A DNA stretch of 64,000 nt from Candidatus Latescibacterota bacterium (GCA_965116875.1 OZ220733.1:1568001-1632000); one strand, 5' to 3'. Shown: positions 39,117 through 49,277, numbered from the stretch's first letter. Made by a program: numbers and translations. Notes: generated by a model from the letters alone, not told the origin.

Positions 39117-40994
39117 CGACAGATCGCTCGCCAATTGTTCCGCGATCTGTTCGGCAAGCTTCGGTCCGATGCCCTCCACCGCCGCGAGTTCCGATGCGCG
39201 CGCCTCCAGGACCTTTTTCATGGATCCGAAGTGCGCCAGCAGCGCCTTTCGCCGGGACGGTCCCACCCCGTCGAGCTCATCCAGCCGGGAAGCCAGCGTT
39301 CGTTTCTGCCTCAGCTTGCGGTGGTAGGTCACGGCGAACCGGTGCGATTCGTCCCGGACGGCCTGCAACAGCTTGAGCGCCGCCGATGCCTTGGGGATAT
39401 TCTGCGGGTCCGGGTGGGCCGGCAGGAAAACTTCCTCGAGACGCTTGGCAAGGCCGATCACCGGCTGGTCCCGGACGCCGATCTCATTCAACGCCGCCAC
39501 CGCGCTCGAGAGCTGCCCCTTTCCGCCGTCGATCAGCAGCAGATCGGGAAACGCCCGTCCCTCCTCCATCAGGCGTTTGAAACGCCGCGTCACCACCTGC
39601 CGCATCATCGCGAAATCGTCGGGGCCCTCGATACCCGTAATCCTGAAGTGCCTGTACTCGGACTTTCGGGGGCGGCCGTCAACGAAACACACCAGCGACG
39701 CCACGGGGTCCGACCCCTGGAAATTCGAAATGTCCATGGCCTCGATCCGCTTTGGGGGCCGCTCGAGGCGCAGGTCGCGCTGCAGCGCGGACACGGCGGC
39801 GGGCGCCTGGGACCTCCTGTTCTCCCGCCTCAACCGGCGCTCGCTGAGCAAAAGCGCGGCGTTGTTCTCCGCCATCCTCACCAGCCGCGCCTTGTCGCCC
39901 CGCTGCGGCACCCGGATTTCCACCAGACCCCCCGCCCGTCCCCTCAGCCAGTCCAGCACGGTCTCGCGCGACTCGATATCGCACGGCAGGCAGATCTCCT
40001 CGGGCACGAAGGACGCCGTCAGATAGAGCAACTGCACGAAGGAGCCAACCACCTCTTCGATCGGCGCGTCCAGCACGCCGCCCAGGAAGTAGTGCTGCCT
40101 CCCGATCAGCCTTCCCTCGCGTACCTCCATCACCACGCAGCAGGCTTCGTCGTCTTCCCTGGCTACCGCGATGGTGTCCCAGTCTTTCTGTTCCGCGGAC
40201 ACCACCCTCTGGCGGTTGGTCGTCTGCTCCAGGTCGCGCAGTCGATCCCGGTAGACCACGGCCTCCTCGAATCGCTGTTCGGCAGCCGCGTTTCGCATGC
40301 GTTTCTTCAGCGCGGCCACCACCTGTGTATGCCGCCCCGTCAGAAACAGCACGGCTTCGCGCACGATCTTGCGGTATTCCGCTGCCTGGATAAGCCCCTC
40401 GCACGGTCCGTCGCAACGTTTGATCTCATAGTCGAGGCAGAGACGGACGTTCGTTGACGGCAACGCGTAATCACAGCTCCGTATACGGAACAGCCGGTGC
40501 ATGGTTTCGAGGGTCCGCCGCAGGGCCTTGACGTCCGTATAGGGTCCCAGATAACGCGAACCGTCCTTGACCACGTCGCGCGTAAACAGAATCCTGGGAA
40601 AGGGCTCGTCCGTAATCCGGACAAACGGGTACTTCTTGTCGTCTTTCAGATTGATGTTGTACCGGGGCTTATGCTCCTTGATCAGATTGGACTCCAGGAT
40701 CAGGGCATCCACCTCCGTATCCGCCACGATATATTCCAGGTCCCGCGCGTTTCGTACAAGCGCACGGAACTGACGCCGTCCGTCGTCCGCGTTGGACCGG
40801 ATGTAGGATTGCGCCCGGCTTCGCAGGCACTTTGCCTTTCCTATATAGATGATCCGCCCCAGTTCGTCCTTCAACATATACACGCCGGGTTCCCGCGGCA
40901 TATGAGACACGATCTCATTGAGGCGCCTGCGCACGGCTTTGCGGCTCCTTCCGGCCGGCGCCGCGCTACGTTTTTCCGTTCCCGAGTTCATCAT
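39102..40994 (-). CDS. uvrC: Excinuclease ABC subunit C
   Basis: PGVY.L....IIYIGKAK.LR.R; ESNLIK.H.PRYN..LKDDK.YP; RIEAMDISN; LLLIDGGKGQL; RDESHRFA; HhH C-terminus. Confidence 0.97.
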   Translation of the reverse strand: MMNSGTEKRSAAPAGRSRKAVRRRLNEIVSHMPREPGVYMLKDELGRIIYIGKAKCLRSRAQSYIRSNADDGRRQFRALVRNARDLEYIVADTEVDALILESNLIKEHKPRYNINLKDDKKYPFVRITDEPFPRILFTRDVVKDGSRYLGPYTDVKALRRTLETMHRLFRIRSCDYALPSTNVRLCLDYEIKRCDGPCEGLIQAAEYRKIVREAVLFLTGRHTQVVAALKKRMRNAAAEQRFEEAVVYRDRLRDLEQTTNRQRVVSAEQKDWDTIAVAREDDEACCVVMEVREGRLIGRQHYFLGGVLDAPIEEVVGSFVQLLYLTASFVPEEICLPCDIESRETVLDWLRGRAGGLVEIRVPQRGDKARLVRMAENNAALLLSERRLRRENRRSQAPAAVSALQRDLRLERPPKRIEAMDISNFQGSDPVASLVCFVDGRPRKSEYRHFRITGIEGPDDFAMMRQVVTRRFKRLMEEGRAFPDLLLIDGGKGQLSSAVAALNEIGVRDQPVIGLAKRLEEVFLPAHPDPQNIPKASAALKLLQAVRDESHRFAVTYHRKLRQKRTLASRLDELDGVGPSRRKALLAHFGSMKKVLEARASELAAVEGIGPKLAEQIAEQLASDLSRPTP

Positions 40995-41027
40995 CCAAAC
41001 CTTGTTCGGGGACGCAGCGTCCCGTGG

Positions 41028-41522
41028 TCATATGCCCAGAATCTCGACGTGGAGGCGGTACAGATCCAGCAGCCCTACCGTGCACCGGCCGGTTACCCAG
41101 CCGCCCGCCTCCCCGGGATTGACGACCAGTGTTCCACCGGTGCGGACGTCGATCTCGTGGGTATGACCGTAGACGATCACGTCGTACGCGCCGCTTGCCG
41201 CCAGCGCATCCACTTCGTCGGGTTCGTGAAGGACCAGCATCCGCCTGCCCTCGTGCACGAATGCATACGGCGCGCGGTGGATGGCGCCCAGCGGCTCGAA
41301 CTGGGCGCGAAGCCCGAAGCGCTCGCCGTCGTTATTGCCGAAAACGCCCACCATGGGCGCGTTCAGGCCGGCCATCCATTTGGCGTTGAAGGGCGCGATA
41401 TAGTCCCCGGCGTGCACCACCAGGCCGACCTCCCGTTCGTTGAATAACGCCGTTGCCCTCTCCACCGACGCCTTGTTGTCGTGCGTGTCGGCAATCAGTC
41501 CCACCAGATGCGCGTGTGCCAT
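41028..41522 (-). CDS. YfcE/MJ0936-family metallophosphoesterase
   Basis: IADTHDN; VHAGD; VFGNND; YGHTH; VNPGE. Confidence 0.92.
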   Translation of the reverse strand: MAHAHLVGLIADTHDNKASVERATALFNEREVGLVVHAGDYIAPFNAKWMAGLNAPMVGVFGNNDGERFGLRAQFEPLGAIHRAPYAFVHEGRRMLVLHEPDEVDALAASGAYDVIVYGHTHEIDVRTGGTLVVNPGEAGGWVTGRCTVGLLDLYRLHVEILGI

Positions 41523-41793
41523 GGCGACCATCCGTTCGGTTGTGGTTTTCGAAGACAGGATTTCTGCTCGGGAAAGGAGACAAAATCAGTGCCCCGTCCC
41601 GCCCGCGGGCGCCTTCCGATTTCAAGACAAACTTACGCCTCCTCGGTGGTTTTGTCAACCGGAGGGACCTCTCCCCCGGCCCCTTCAGATAAAGCTGTCA
41701 GCTATCAGTTTACAGCCGTCAGCTAAAAGCGGAAGGCAAGGACGAAAACCAAATTCAAAATCCACTTCTCCCCAAATTCCCTGCCTACGGCGT

Positions 41794-41960
41794 GTTCCTT
41801 TTGAAGCGACCAAAAGGAACCAAAAGTCGCCGCTGGGCACGGGGCCTGCCACATGCATGGCGCGAATACCCTCACAGGACGCACCGGATTGGCTGGCCTG
41901 CCAGCCCCGGAGGACACAGTTAGTCGGAACGGGACGGAACAACGCGCCCTGCTTTGAAAG
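41794..41960 (-). ncRNA. Putative structured RNA/element with pseudoknot, copy 2 (boundaries approximate)
   Basis: Stem GTTCCTTTTG/CAAAAGGAAC with loop GCGAC pairing to GTCGC (41826-41830); motifs shared with 554-780. Confidence 0.45.
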
Positions 41961-42185
41961 CGCTCCGGATTGGTATCGCGTCAGCCAACCGAATGCCTAT
42001 CTGAATGCGAGCGATATGATTTGGCCGGATCTATCGGCGATACATACTCCACCATGCCGGCGTGGGCCTTTCTTCGCCTGTTTGGGATAGGTTTATGTTG
42101 ACAAGTATGATGGATTGTGTGAATTTTGAGACCGTCCATGACACGGGCGGGGTCTATAGGGTTCCCCGCCACAGGGGAATCTTCA

Positions 42186-43106
42186 ATGGCGGTCTTGAAA
42201 ATCGCGCTGCCGTCGGGCAGCCTCCAGGAGTCCACGCTCGATCTGTTCGCGAACGCCGGCTATCGGATTCGCGCCAACCACAGGTCCTACATCCCGTCCA
42301 TAGACGATCCGGACCTGGAGGGCCTGTTCCTGCGCGCGCAGGAGATCGCCCATTACGTGGAGCGGGGCGTGCTGGACGTGGGCCTGACGGGCAAGGACTG
42401 GATCCTGGAAAACGACGCCGACGTCGTCGAGGTCGCGGAACTGCCGTACAGCAAGACCACCGCGCAGCCCGCCCGCTGGGTGATCGCCGTGCCGGAAGAG
42501 TCCCCGGTCCGGGTTGTGGCGGATCTTCAGGGGAAACGTATCGCAACGGAACTGGTAAACGTCACCCGGAAGTACCTGGACGCACGGGGCGTACAGGCGG
42601 ACGTGGAATTCTCCTGGGGGTCCACGGAGGCCAAGGTCCGGACGGCGGGCCCGGCGAAGCAGGCAGGTGATGCCGAGGTGTACGCGCCCGGCCTGGTGGA
42701 CGCCATTGTGGAACTCACGGAAACCGGGTCTTCGATCCGCGCCAACAAACTCCGGATTGTGGAGGACCTGCTCGAATCCACCCCGCGCTTCATCGCCAAC
42801 AGAAGCGCATGGGAGGACCCGTGGAAACGGGAGAAGGCCGGGAATATCGCCACGCTGCTGGTGGGCGCCTTCCAGGCTGAAGACAAGGTGGGCCTGAAGA
42901 TGAACGTAAGGCGGAAAGACCTGGATGCGGTCGTTGGACTGCTTCCCGCGCTGAACAACCCCACCATATCCAACCTGCTCGACGGCGACTGGGTGGCCGT
43001 GGAGGTCGTCGTTGACGAACGCGTTGTGCGCGACACCGTTCCCCTGCTGAAGAACAGGGGCGCCGAAGGCATCATTGAATATCCATTGAACAAAGTGATC
43101 TACTGA
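42186..43106 (+). CDS. hisG: ATP phosphoribosyltransferase (long form)
   Basis: [54 protein letters not shown]-terminal regulatory domain. Confidence 0.96.
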   Translation: MAVLKIALPSGSLQESTLDLFANAGYRIRANHRSYIPSIDDPDLEGLFLRAQEIAHYVERGVLDVGLTGKDWILENDADVVEVAELPYSKTTAQPARWVIAVPEESPVRVVADLQGKRIATELVNVTRKYLDARGVQADVEFSWGSTEAKVRTAGPAKQAGDAEVYAPGLVDAIVELTETGSSIRANKLRIVEDLLESTPRFIANRSAWEDPWKREKAGNIATLLVGAFQAEDKVGLKMNVRRKDLDAVVGLLPALNNPTISNLLDGDWVAVEVVVDERVVRDTVPLLKNRGAEGIIEYPLNKVIY

Positions 43107-44401
43107 TGATTGACGTTGTCACCCACGATCCGGAGAACCCGCCCTCCAGACTCAGCGCCATTCTTTCGCGGACCACCGATTTCGAGCCGGACCTGCTGGC
43201 CTCCGCGCAGGAAATCGTCAATGCCGTGCGGGAACGCGGCGACGACGCGGTCCTGGAATACACCCGGAAACTGGACGGCGTGGATCTCACAGCGGACGGG
43301 ATGCGCGTGCCCGAGCCGGACATCCGGGCCGCGTACCGCGAAGCGGATCCCGGCCTGATCAGAACCATCAGGGCCGCGGCGGAGAACATCCGGCGGTTTC
43401 ACGGCGCCCAGAAACAGACCTCGTGGTTCATCGAAGACGGCGACGGCGTCGTGCTGGGCAGGCGGGTACTCCCCATCGAACGGGTTGGCATTCTCATTCC
43501 CGGCGCCAGCGCCCCGCTGTTCTCAACGCTGCTGATGGCCGCCATTCCCGCCCGCATCGCAGGCGTGAAGCGCCTCTGCATGGCCACGCCCCCTCGACCG
43601 GACGGCACCGTGCATCCGGTCGTACTGGCGGCCGCCCACGTCGTTGGCGTTGACGAAATCTACAGGGTATTCGGCGCGCAGGCCGTTGCCGCCCTGGCCT
43701 ACGGCACCGCGTCCATTCCGGGGGTGGACAAACTCGTGGGCCCCGGCCACCCGTCCGTGCAGATCGCAAAGAAGCTGGTCTTCGGAACCGTCGACGTCGA
43801 CATGGTCGCCGGCCCCAGCGAAATCGTCGTACTGGCCGACGGGGAGGCGAATCCCAGGCACGTCGCCGCCGACCTGCTGTCGCAGGCCGAACATGGAAGC
43901 GGCTTCGAGGCCGTGGTGTGCATCACGCCCAGCGCGGAACTCGCCGGCGAGGTCGCGGACGAAGTCGAGCGGCAGGCCGCCCGCCTGGAGCGCCGCGACG
44001 CCATCCGAAAAGCCCTGCGCAACTTCGGCGCGGTTGTGATTGTAAAGGACGTGGACGAGGGCATCCGGCTGGCCAACCGGATCGCCCCGGAACACATCGA
44101 ACTCCTGGTGCGCGACCCATGGTCCTGGCTGAACGAGGTCAGGAACGCGGGCGCGGTCTTTCTGGGCGCGGCCTCCTCCGAACCCGTGGGCGACTATTAC
44201 GCCGGCGTGAACCACATTCTGCCGACCGCCGGCGCCGCGCGATTCGCCTCGCCGGTGGGCGTGGATACCTTTCTGAAAAGCTCGAGTATCGTCTCCTACA
44301 CGGACCGCCGGTTGAAGAAAACGGCCGGCGATATTATCGCGCTGGCGGAAGCCGAGGGACTGGACGCGCACGCCAACGCCATCCGCGTCCGGCAGGAATA
44401 G
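43106..44401 (+). CDS. hisD: Histidinol dehydrogenase
   Basis: GAQAVAALAYGT; DKLVGPG; DMVAGPSE; DLLSQAEH; APEHIE; GDYYAG.NHILPT. Confidence 0.97.
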   Translation: MIDVVTHDPENPPSRLSAILSRTTDFEPDLLASAQEIVNAVRERGDDAVLEYTRKLDGVDLTADGMRVPEPDIRAAYREADPGLIRTIRAAAENIRRFHGAQKQTSWFIEDGDGVVLGRRVLPIERVGILIPGASAPLFSTLLMAAIPARIAGVKRLCMATPPRPDGTVHPVVLAAAHVVGVDEIYRVFGAQAVAALAYGTASIPGVDKLVGPGHPSVQIAKKLVFGTVDVDMVAGPSEIVVLADGEANPRHVAADLLSQAEHGSGFEAVVCITPSAELAGEVADEVERQAARLERRDAIRKALRNFGAVVIVKDVDEGIRLANRIAPEHIELLVRDPWSWLNEVRNAGAVFLGAASSEPVGDYYAGVNHILPTAGAARFASPVGVDTFLKSSSIVSYTDRRLKKTAGDIIALAEAEGLDAHANAIRVRQE

Positions 44402-44467
44402 CGCCCGCCCGCCCGCCGGACTTCGGCGACAATGCGGGCGCGGCGTTCTCATTTTGGATCGTCTCCG

Positions 44468-45556
44468 ATGATCGATCCGCCCCTGAAACGCATCCGGCCG
44501 GAAATCCGGTCCGCGGACGGGTACCACCTGACGCGCTACGACTGCCCGGTTAAGCTGAATCAGAACGAAAGCCCGTTCGACGTTCCGGACGATCTCAAGA
44601 ACGAGATTCTGGCAGACGTCCGGAAGCGGCCCTGGTTCCGCTATCCGCAGCCGATGGAGATGGACCTGGTGGAAGCCCTGGCCGACTTCGCCGGCTGGCG
44701 TCCGGATGGGCTGATCGTGTGCAACGGCTCCAACACCCTCGTACAACTCGTTCTGGCCGTCAGCACCCGCCCCGGGGCAACGGTGGTCATCCCTTCGCCC
44801 AGTTTCTCGCTGTACGGGCTCTACGCGGGCTTCTTCGGGGGTCGCGTGGTTCCCGTGGACCTCACGGCGGATTTCACCTTCGACATGCCCGGTATCCGGG
44901 AAGCCGTCCGTCGGGAATCGCCAAACACGGTCATCTTCGGTTCCCCCAACAACCCCACCGGCTGCGTCGTTTCCAATGCGGACCTGAAGGACCTGCTCGG
45001 GCAGACCGACGCGCTGGTGATGGTGGACGAAGCCTATGCGGAGTTCAGCGATGAGACGGCCCGCGACCTGATCGGGGAATATCCCAATCTCATCGTGCTG
45101 AAGACCTTTTCAAAAGCCCTCGGCGCGGCGGGTATCCGCATTGGCTATCTGATGGCGCATCCGGAAATCGCCCGGGAGGTACTCAAGGCCAAAGTGCCGT
45201 TCGACATCAACGTCTTCTCCCATTCAGCGGCGCTGCACATACTGAAACACGAGCGTCTGATCCGGGAACGCGTGGAGACGATCCGGGACGAACGCGAGCG
45301 GGTGTTCGCGGCCCTCCGGAGAATGGACGGCGTCCGCCCCCGGCCGTCGCATGCCAACTTCATCCTTTTCGAAGTGGACAACCCGGCCCGGGTCTTCAAC
45401 GGGCTCATCGAAAGGGGCATCCTCATCCGCAACGTGACCTCGTATCCTCTCCTTGAGAACGCCCTGCGCGTGAGCATCGGCAAGGCCGGGGAAAACACCC
45501 TCTTTCTGAACGCGCTCGAAGGGACGCTCAAGGATTCGCGCGTACAGCCTGAATAA
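44468..45556 (+). CDS. hisC: Histidinol-phosphate aminotransferase
   Basis: KLNQNESP; SPNNPTG; VDEAYAEF; KTFSKA.G.AG.RIG; LRVSIG. Confidence 0.95.
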   Translation: MIDPPLKRIRPEIRSADGYHLTRYDCPVKLNQNESPFDVPDDLKNEILADVRKRPWFRYPQPMEMDLVEALADFAGWRPDGLIVCNGSNTLVQLVLAVSTRPGATVVIPSPSFSLYGLYAGFFGGRVVPVDLTADFTFDMPGIREAVRRESPNTVIFGSPNNPTGCVVSNADLKDLLGQTDALVMVDEAYAEFSDETARDLIGEYPNLIVLKTFSKALGAAGIRIGYLMAHPEIAREVLKAKVPFDINVFSHSAALHILKHERLIRERVETIRDERERVFAALRRMDGVRPRPSHANFILFEVDNPARVFNGLIERGILIRNVTSYPLLENALRVSIGKAGENTLFLNALEGTLKDSRVQPE

Positions 45557-45652
45557 TCCACGGAACACAAACGTACATGGATGGACAGGATTGAGAACCA
45601 GGAACAGGATCAAGCAGGATAAGAAGCCAATTTCAGGAAAGGTAAATCCCCC

Positions 45653-46246
45653 ATGCCGGTCCTTCGCACCGCCCGCATACAACGCAAGACGTCGGAAACC
45701 GACGTCGACCTCATGCTGAACCTGGACGGATCGGGAGACTGCCGGCTCGAAACCGGCATCGGTTTTTTCGACCATATGCTCAACGCATTCGCCAGGCACG
45801 GAGGTTTCAACCTGGACGTGGCCTGCCGGGGCGACCTGGAGGTGGACGCGCACCACACGGTGGAAGACGTGGGCATCTGTCTGGGCAGGGCATTTTCCGA
45901 TGCGCTGGGCGACAAGGCCGGTATCACACGCTTCGGACACAGTTTCGTGCCGATGGACGAAGCCCTCGCTCGTGCGGCCGTAGACCTCTCGGGACGGCCG
46001 TACCTGGTCTACAATGCCGACCTGCCCGACGAGATGGTCGGCGCGTACCCCACGGCGATGAGCCCGGAGTTCTTCCGGTCGCTCGCGGACCACGGACGCC
46101 TGAATGCGCATATCGACCTGATTCGCGGGACAAACGCCCACCACGCCACCGAAGCAATTTTCAAGGCTGCCGGGCGGGCGTTCCGGCAGGCATGCGGGCT
46201 GGACCCCGGTGTTGTGGGGATTCCTTCCACCAAGGGCGTGCTGTAG
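45653..46246 (+). CDS. hisB: Imidazoleglycerol-phosphate dehydratase
   Basis: RKTSET; TGIGFFDHML; GDL.VD.HHTVED; PMDEAL; NAHH..EA.FKA; PSTKG.L. Confidence 0.97.
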   Translation: MPVLRTARIQRKTSETDVDLMLNLDGSGDCRLETGIGFFDHMLNAFARHGGFNLDVACRGDLEVDAHHTVEDVGICLGRAFSDALGDKAGITRFGHSFVPMDEALARAAVDLSGRPYLVYNADLPDEMVGAYPTAMSPEFFRSLADHGRLNAHIDLIRGTNAHHATEAIFKAAGRAFRQACGLDPGVVGIPSTKGVL

Positions 46247-46333
46247 CAGTCCGTTGAGAAAGTCGCTCTGCAGGCCTGCCGGTGAAGTCCTGGCAGGCAG
46301 GTAGCCCGGATGGACTTTTTCAACGGGCTGGTA
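46244..46333. mobile_element. Putative MITE-like element of about 90 bp with 18-bp imperfect terminal inverted repeats
   Basis: CAGTCCGTTGAGAAAGTC ... GACTTTTTCAACGGGCTG; the right-end sequence recurs (inverted) at about 16690 and 17906. Confidence 0.5.
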
Positions 46334-46342
46334 GGGTCTGAC

Positions 46343-46873
46343 ATGACTCCCGACGACGCGCGCAACGTGAGCTCTCGATTCAGTCCCGACGCCGGTGGCG
46401 GAAAGGTCCTTACGCGGGACCAGGCCGGAGAGGTCCGGCGGCGTCTCAAACGGACCCGCGCAAGGCTGGTCTTCACCAACGGCTGCTTCGACCTGATCCA
46501 TCCCGGGCACGTGGCTTTTCTTCAGCGGGCGCGTTGTCTGGGCGACGCGCTCCTCGTGGCGATCAACAGCGACGACTCCGTCCGCCGCATCAAGGGCGAA
46601 GGCCGGCCGATACTGTCGGTTGACGAGCGGATCGGCGTGCTGTCCGGCCTGGAAGCCGTCGACTATATCTGCGTGTTCGAGGAAGACACGCCGCACGATA
46701 TCCTTCGAGACCTGCTGCCCGACGTCCTCGTAAAGGGTGGGGACTATTCGCCGGACCAGATCGTCGCCCGCGAAGTCGTGGAACGCGCGGGGGGCCGCGC
46801 CGTCACCATATCCACGGCGTTCCAGACCTCGACCACCGCCGTCATCAAACGCATCCTTACGAGTGTGAAATAA
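46343..46873 (+). CDS. rfaE2: RfaE2/HldE domain II-like heptose-1-phosphate adenylyltransferase (cytidylyltransferase family)
   Basis: VFTNGCFDLIHPGH; AINSDDSVRRIKGEGRP; FEEDTP; PDVLVKGGDY; STT..I..I. Confidence 0.88.
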   Translation: MTPDDARNVSSRFSPDAGGGKVLTRDQAGEVRRRLKRTRARLVFTNGCFDLIHPGHVAFLQRARCLGDALLVAINSDDSVRRIKGEGRPILSVDERIGVLSGLEAVDYICVFEEDTPHDILRDLLPDVLVKGGDYSPDQIVAREVVERAGGRAVTISTAFQTSTTAVIKRILTSVK

Positions 46874-46918
46874 AGAAACCGATCCTCTCCCGTCTACCCT
46901 CTCACCTCTCACGGCTTT

Positions 46919-48022
46919 ATGAGAATCCTCCACACCATTTACGACGATGTGGACAACCCCTGGTGCGGAGGAGGCGGCGCGGTCCGGGCCATGGAAATCA
47001 ACCGCCGCCTCGCCCGGAAGCACGAGATCACCCTTCTGACGGGTCACTTTCCCGGCGCCGCCCGGGAGGAAGACCGCGACGGTATTCGCATCCGCAGGGT
47101 GGGGACCGGGCGGAACTACCTGTTCAGCCGCCTGAGCTTCTCGGCGCTGGCTTCGCGAGCCCTGGCGAAGCGGCCCTTCGACCTCTGGGTGTACGACTTT
47201 TCCGCATTTTCGCCCGTGTACGCGCTTCCGTCCCGGCACGCGCGGTCGGTCATGGTCTTTCACCATCCCATAGCCGCACACGCCACGCGGAAATACCCGG
47301 GGATCGGCATTCTGGCCGCCGCCGCCGAAGGCCTCCATACGCGGCTGCACCGCCGGATCATCGCCGTTTCTCCAAGTACGGCCCGTCACCTGGAGCGGCG
47401 CGCGCGTCCGAACGCACCCGTCCATACGGTTTGCAACGGCGTGAGTCATCCCGCCCTGGCAGAGCCCCGTGAAGAGGACTATATTCTCTTTTTCGGACGT
47501 CTGGACACCTACAACAAGGGCATCGATGTCCTGCTCCCGGCATTTGCCAGGCTGAAACCAACGCATCCGGACGTCCGCCTGGTCCTTGCGGGCCGGGGCA
47601 CGAAAGCGCGCCGGCGCGAACTGATGTCCGTCTCCCGCTCCCTGGGCATCTCGGACCGCGTGGAACTCACGGGGCCGGTTTCGGAAGCGAAAAAATGGAA
47701 CCTCTACGCCGGCGCGTTGTTCACCTGTCAGCCTTCCCGGTTCGAAGGGTGGGGCATCGCCGCGATCGAATCCGGCGCCGCCGGAAAAGCGGTGATCGGC
47801 ACGGAGATCCCGGGGCTCGTCGACGCCATCCGGAGGGACCGGACCGGCCTGCTCGTGCCGGCGGAGGACCCGAAAGCCCTCGCGGGCGCCATGAACCGCT
47901 TGCTCGAGAATCCCCCCCTGCGAACGGAACTCGGCAAGAACGGGAGGGCATGGGCCGCCAACTTCTCGTGGGACCGGATTGCCAGGGAGCAGGAGAAAGT
48001 GTACGTCCGGACACTCGGCTGA
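46919..48022 (+). CDS. GT4 family glycosyltransferase
   Basis: GGGAVR; FFGRL...KGID; PSRFEGWGIAAIE. Confidence 0.92.
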   Translation: MRILHTIYDDVDNPWCGGGGAVRAMEINRRLARKHEITLLTGHFPGAAREEDRDGIRIRRVGTGRNYLFSRLSFSALASRALAKRPFDLWVYDFSAFSPVYALPSRHARSVMVFHHPIAAHATRKYPGIGILAAAAEGLHTRLHRRIIAVSPSTARHLERRARPNAPVHTVCNGVSHPALAEPREEDYILFFGRLDTYNKGIDVLLPAFARLKPTHPDVRLVLAGRGTKARRRELMSVSRSLGISDRVELTGPVSEAKKWNLYAGALFTCQPSRFEGWGIAAIESGAAGKAVIGTEIPGLVDAIRRDRTGLLVPAEDPKALAGAMNRLLENPPLRTELGKNGRAWAANFSWDRIAREQEKVYVRTLG

Positions 48023-48023
48023 T

Positions 48024-48047
48024 GGCAGACAGGAATGTCTGCCCTAC
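48024..48047. repeat. REP GGCAGACAGGAATGTCTGCCC(T/C)AC
   Basis: Palindrome; further copies at 60401 and 60480. Confidence 0.8.
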
Positions 48048-48080
48048 CTTCACACCTGAACCTGCCAGGTTCAACCCTAT

Positions 48081-49277
48081 ATGACCACCGGATACGCAAA
48101 TGACATCTGTATTGTGGGCGGGGCCGGCCGCGTGGGTCTCCCCCTGGCGCTGACCTTCGCCGACAAGGGCTTGCGCGTTATCGTCTGCGACATCAACGAA
48201 GCCTCTCTCGAGTTGATCCGCGACGGCCGGATGCCGTTCGAGGAAAAGAACGCCGGGGAGCTGCTGGCGAATGCGCTCGCTGAAGGCCGGCTGAGCGTCT
48301 CGTCCGAAACGTCATGCGTGGCCGGCGCGGCCACGGTGATCGTGACCATCGGCACGCCCGCGGACGAACTCTCGAAGCCGATTCTCTCCACGTTCAAGAG
48401 CCTCGCGGACGACATGCTGCCGCATCTGTCCGACGATCAGCTTGTCGTACTCCGGTCCACGGTTTCCCCGGGAACTACGGACTGGCTCTACGACTACCTG
48501 CGTGCGAACGGCAGAAACCCCAAGGTCTCCTTCTGCCCCGAGCGCATCGTTCAGGGCCAGGCCGTAGAGGAAATCCCGCTGCTCACCCAGATCGTCAGCG
48601 GAACCACGGCTGAAGCCGAACGGGAAGCCGCCGCCCTCTTCAGGCGGATCTCGCCCGGGATCGTTCACCTGACGCCCATCGAAGCCGAATTCGCGAAACT
48701 GTTCAGCAATGCGTACCGGTATATCCAGTTTGCAACCGCGAACCAGTTCTATACGATTGCAAACGCCGCCGGCGTGGACTACAGCCGGGTGCTCGAAGGT
48801 ATGAAGAAAGACTACCCCCGCGCCCGGGATATCCCCTCCGCGGGATTCGCGGCGGGCCCGTGCCTGCTGAAGGATACCATGCAACTCGCCGCCTTCGCCA
48901 GCGACGGTTTCACACTGGGACGGGCGGCCATGAACGTCAACCAGGGCCTGGTGAACTACCTGGTCGAGGACATTCGCAACCGGTACGGCGACCTGCGCCG
49001 ACTCCGCATCGGCCTGCTTGGCATGGCCTTCAAGGCGGACAGCGACGACACCCGGTTTTCGCTGAGCTACAAGTTGAAGGACATCCTGGCGTTCCGGGCC
49101 CGGGAGGTGATGACCACGGACCCGTACGTGACCACGGACCCGAACCTGCTGCCCGTCCGGGAGGTCATGGAACGGAGCGACCTGCTGGTCCTGTGCGTGC
49201 CGCACACGGCGTACCGGCGTCTGGACCTCAAAGGCAAACCTGTCGTGGACGTCTGGGGGTCTCTGAACCTTGAGTAA
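48081..49277 (+). CDS. Nucleotide-sugar 6-dehydrogenase (UDP-glucose/GDP-mannose/WecC family)
   Basis: IVGGAGRVGLP; VTIGTP; LRSTV.PG; FCPER; AEFAKLFSN; GPCLLKD; GMAFKADSDD.R. Confidence 0.92.
   Translation: MTTGYANDICIVGGAGRVGLPLALTFADKGLRVIVCDINEASLELIRDGRMPFEEKNAGELLANALAEGRLSVSSETSCVAGAATVIVTIGTPADELSKPILSTFKSLADDMLPHLSDDQLVVLRSTVSPGTTDWLYDYLRANGRNPKVSFCPERIVQGQAVEEIPLLTQIVSGTTAEAEREAAALFRRISPGIVHLTPIEAEFAKLFSNAYRYIQFATANQFYTIANAAGVDYSRVLEGMKKDYPRARDIPSAGFAAGPCLLKDTMQLAAFASDGFTLGRAAMNVNQGLVNYLVEDIRNRYGDLRRLRIGLLGMAFKADSDDTRFSLSYKLKDILAFRAREVMTTDPYVTTDPNLLPVREVMERSDLLVLCVPHTAYRRLDLKGKPVVDVWGSLNLE

Noticed and set aside
41960-42185. His attenuator/leader peptide or T-box upstream of hisG
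   Set aside because: No His-codon run, terminator/antiterminator or T-box motif found.
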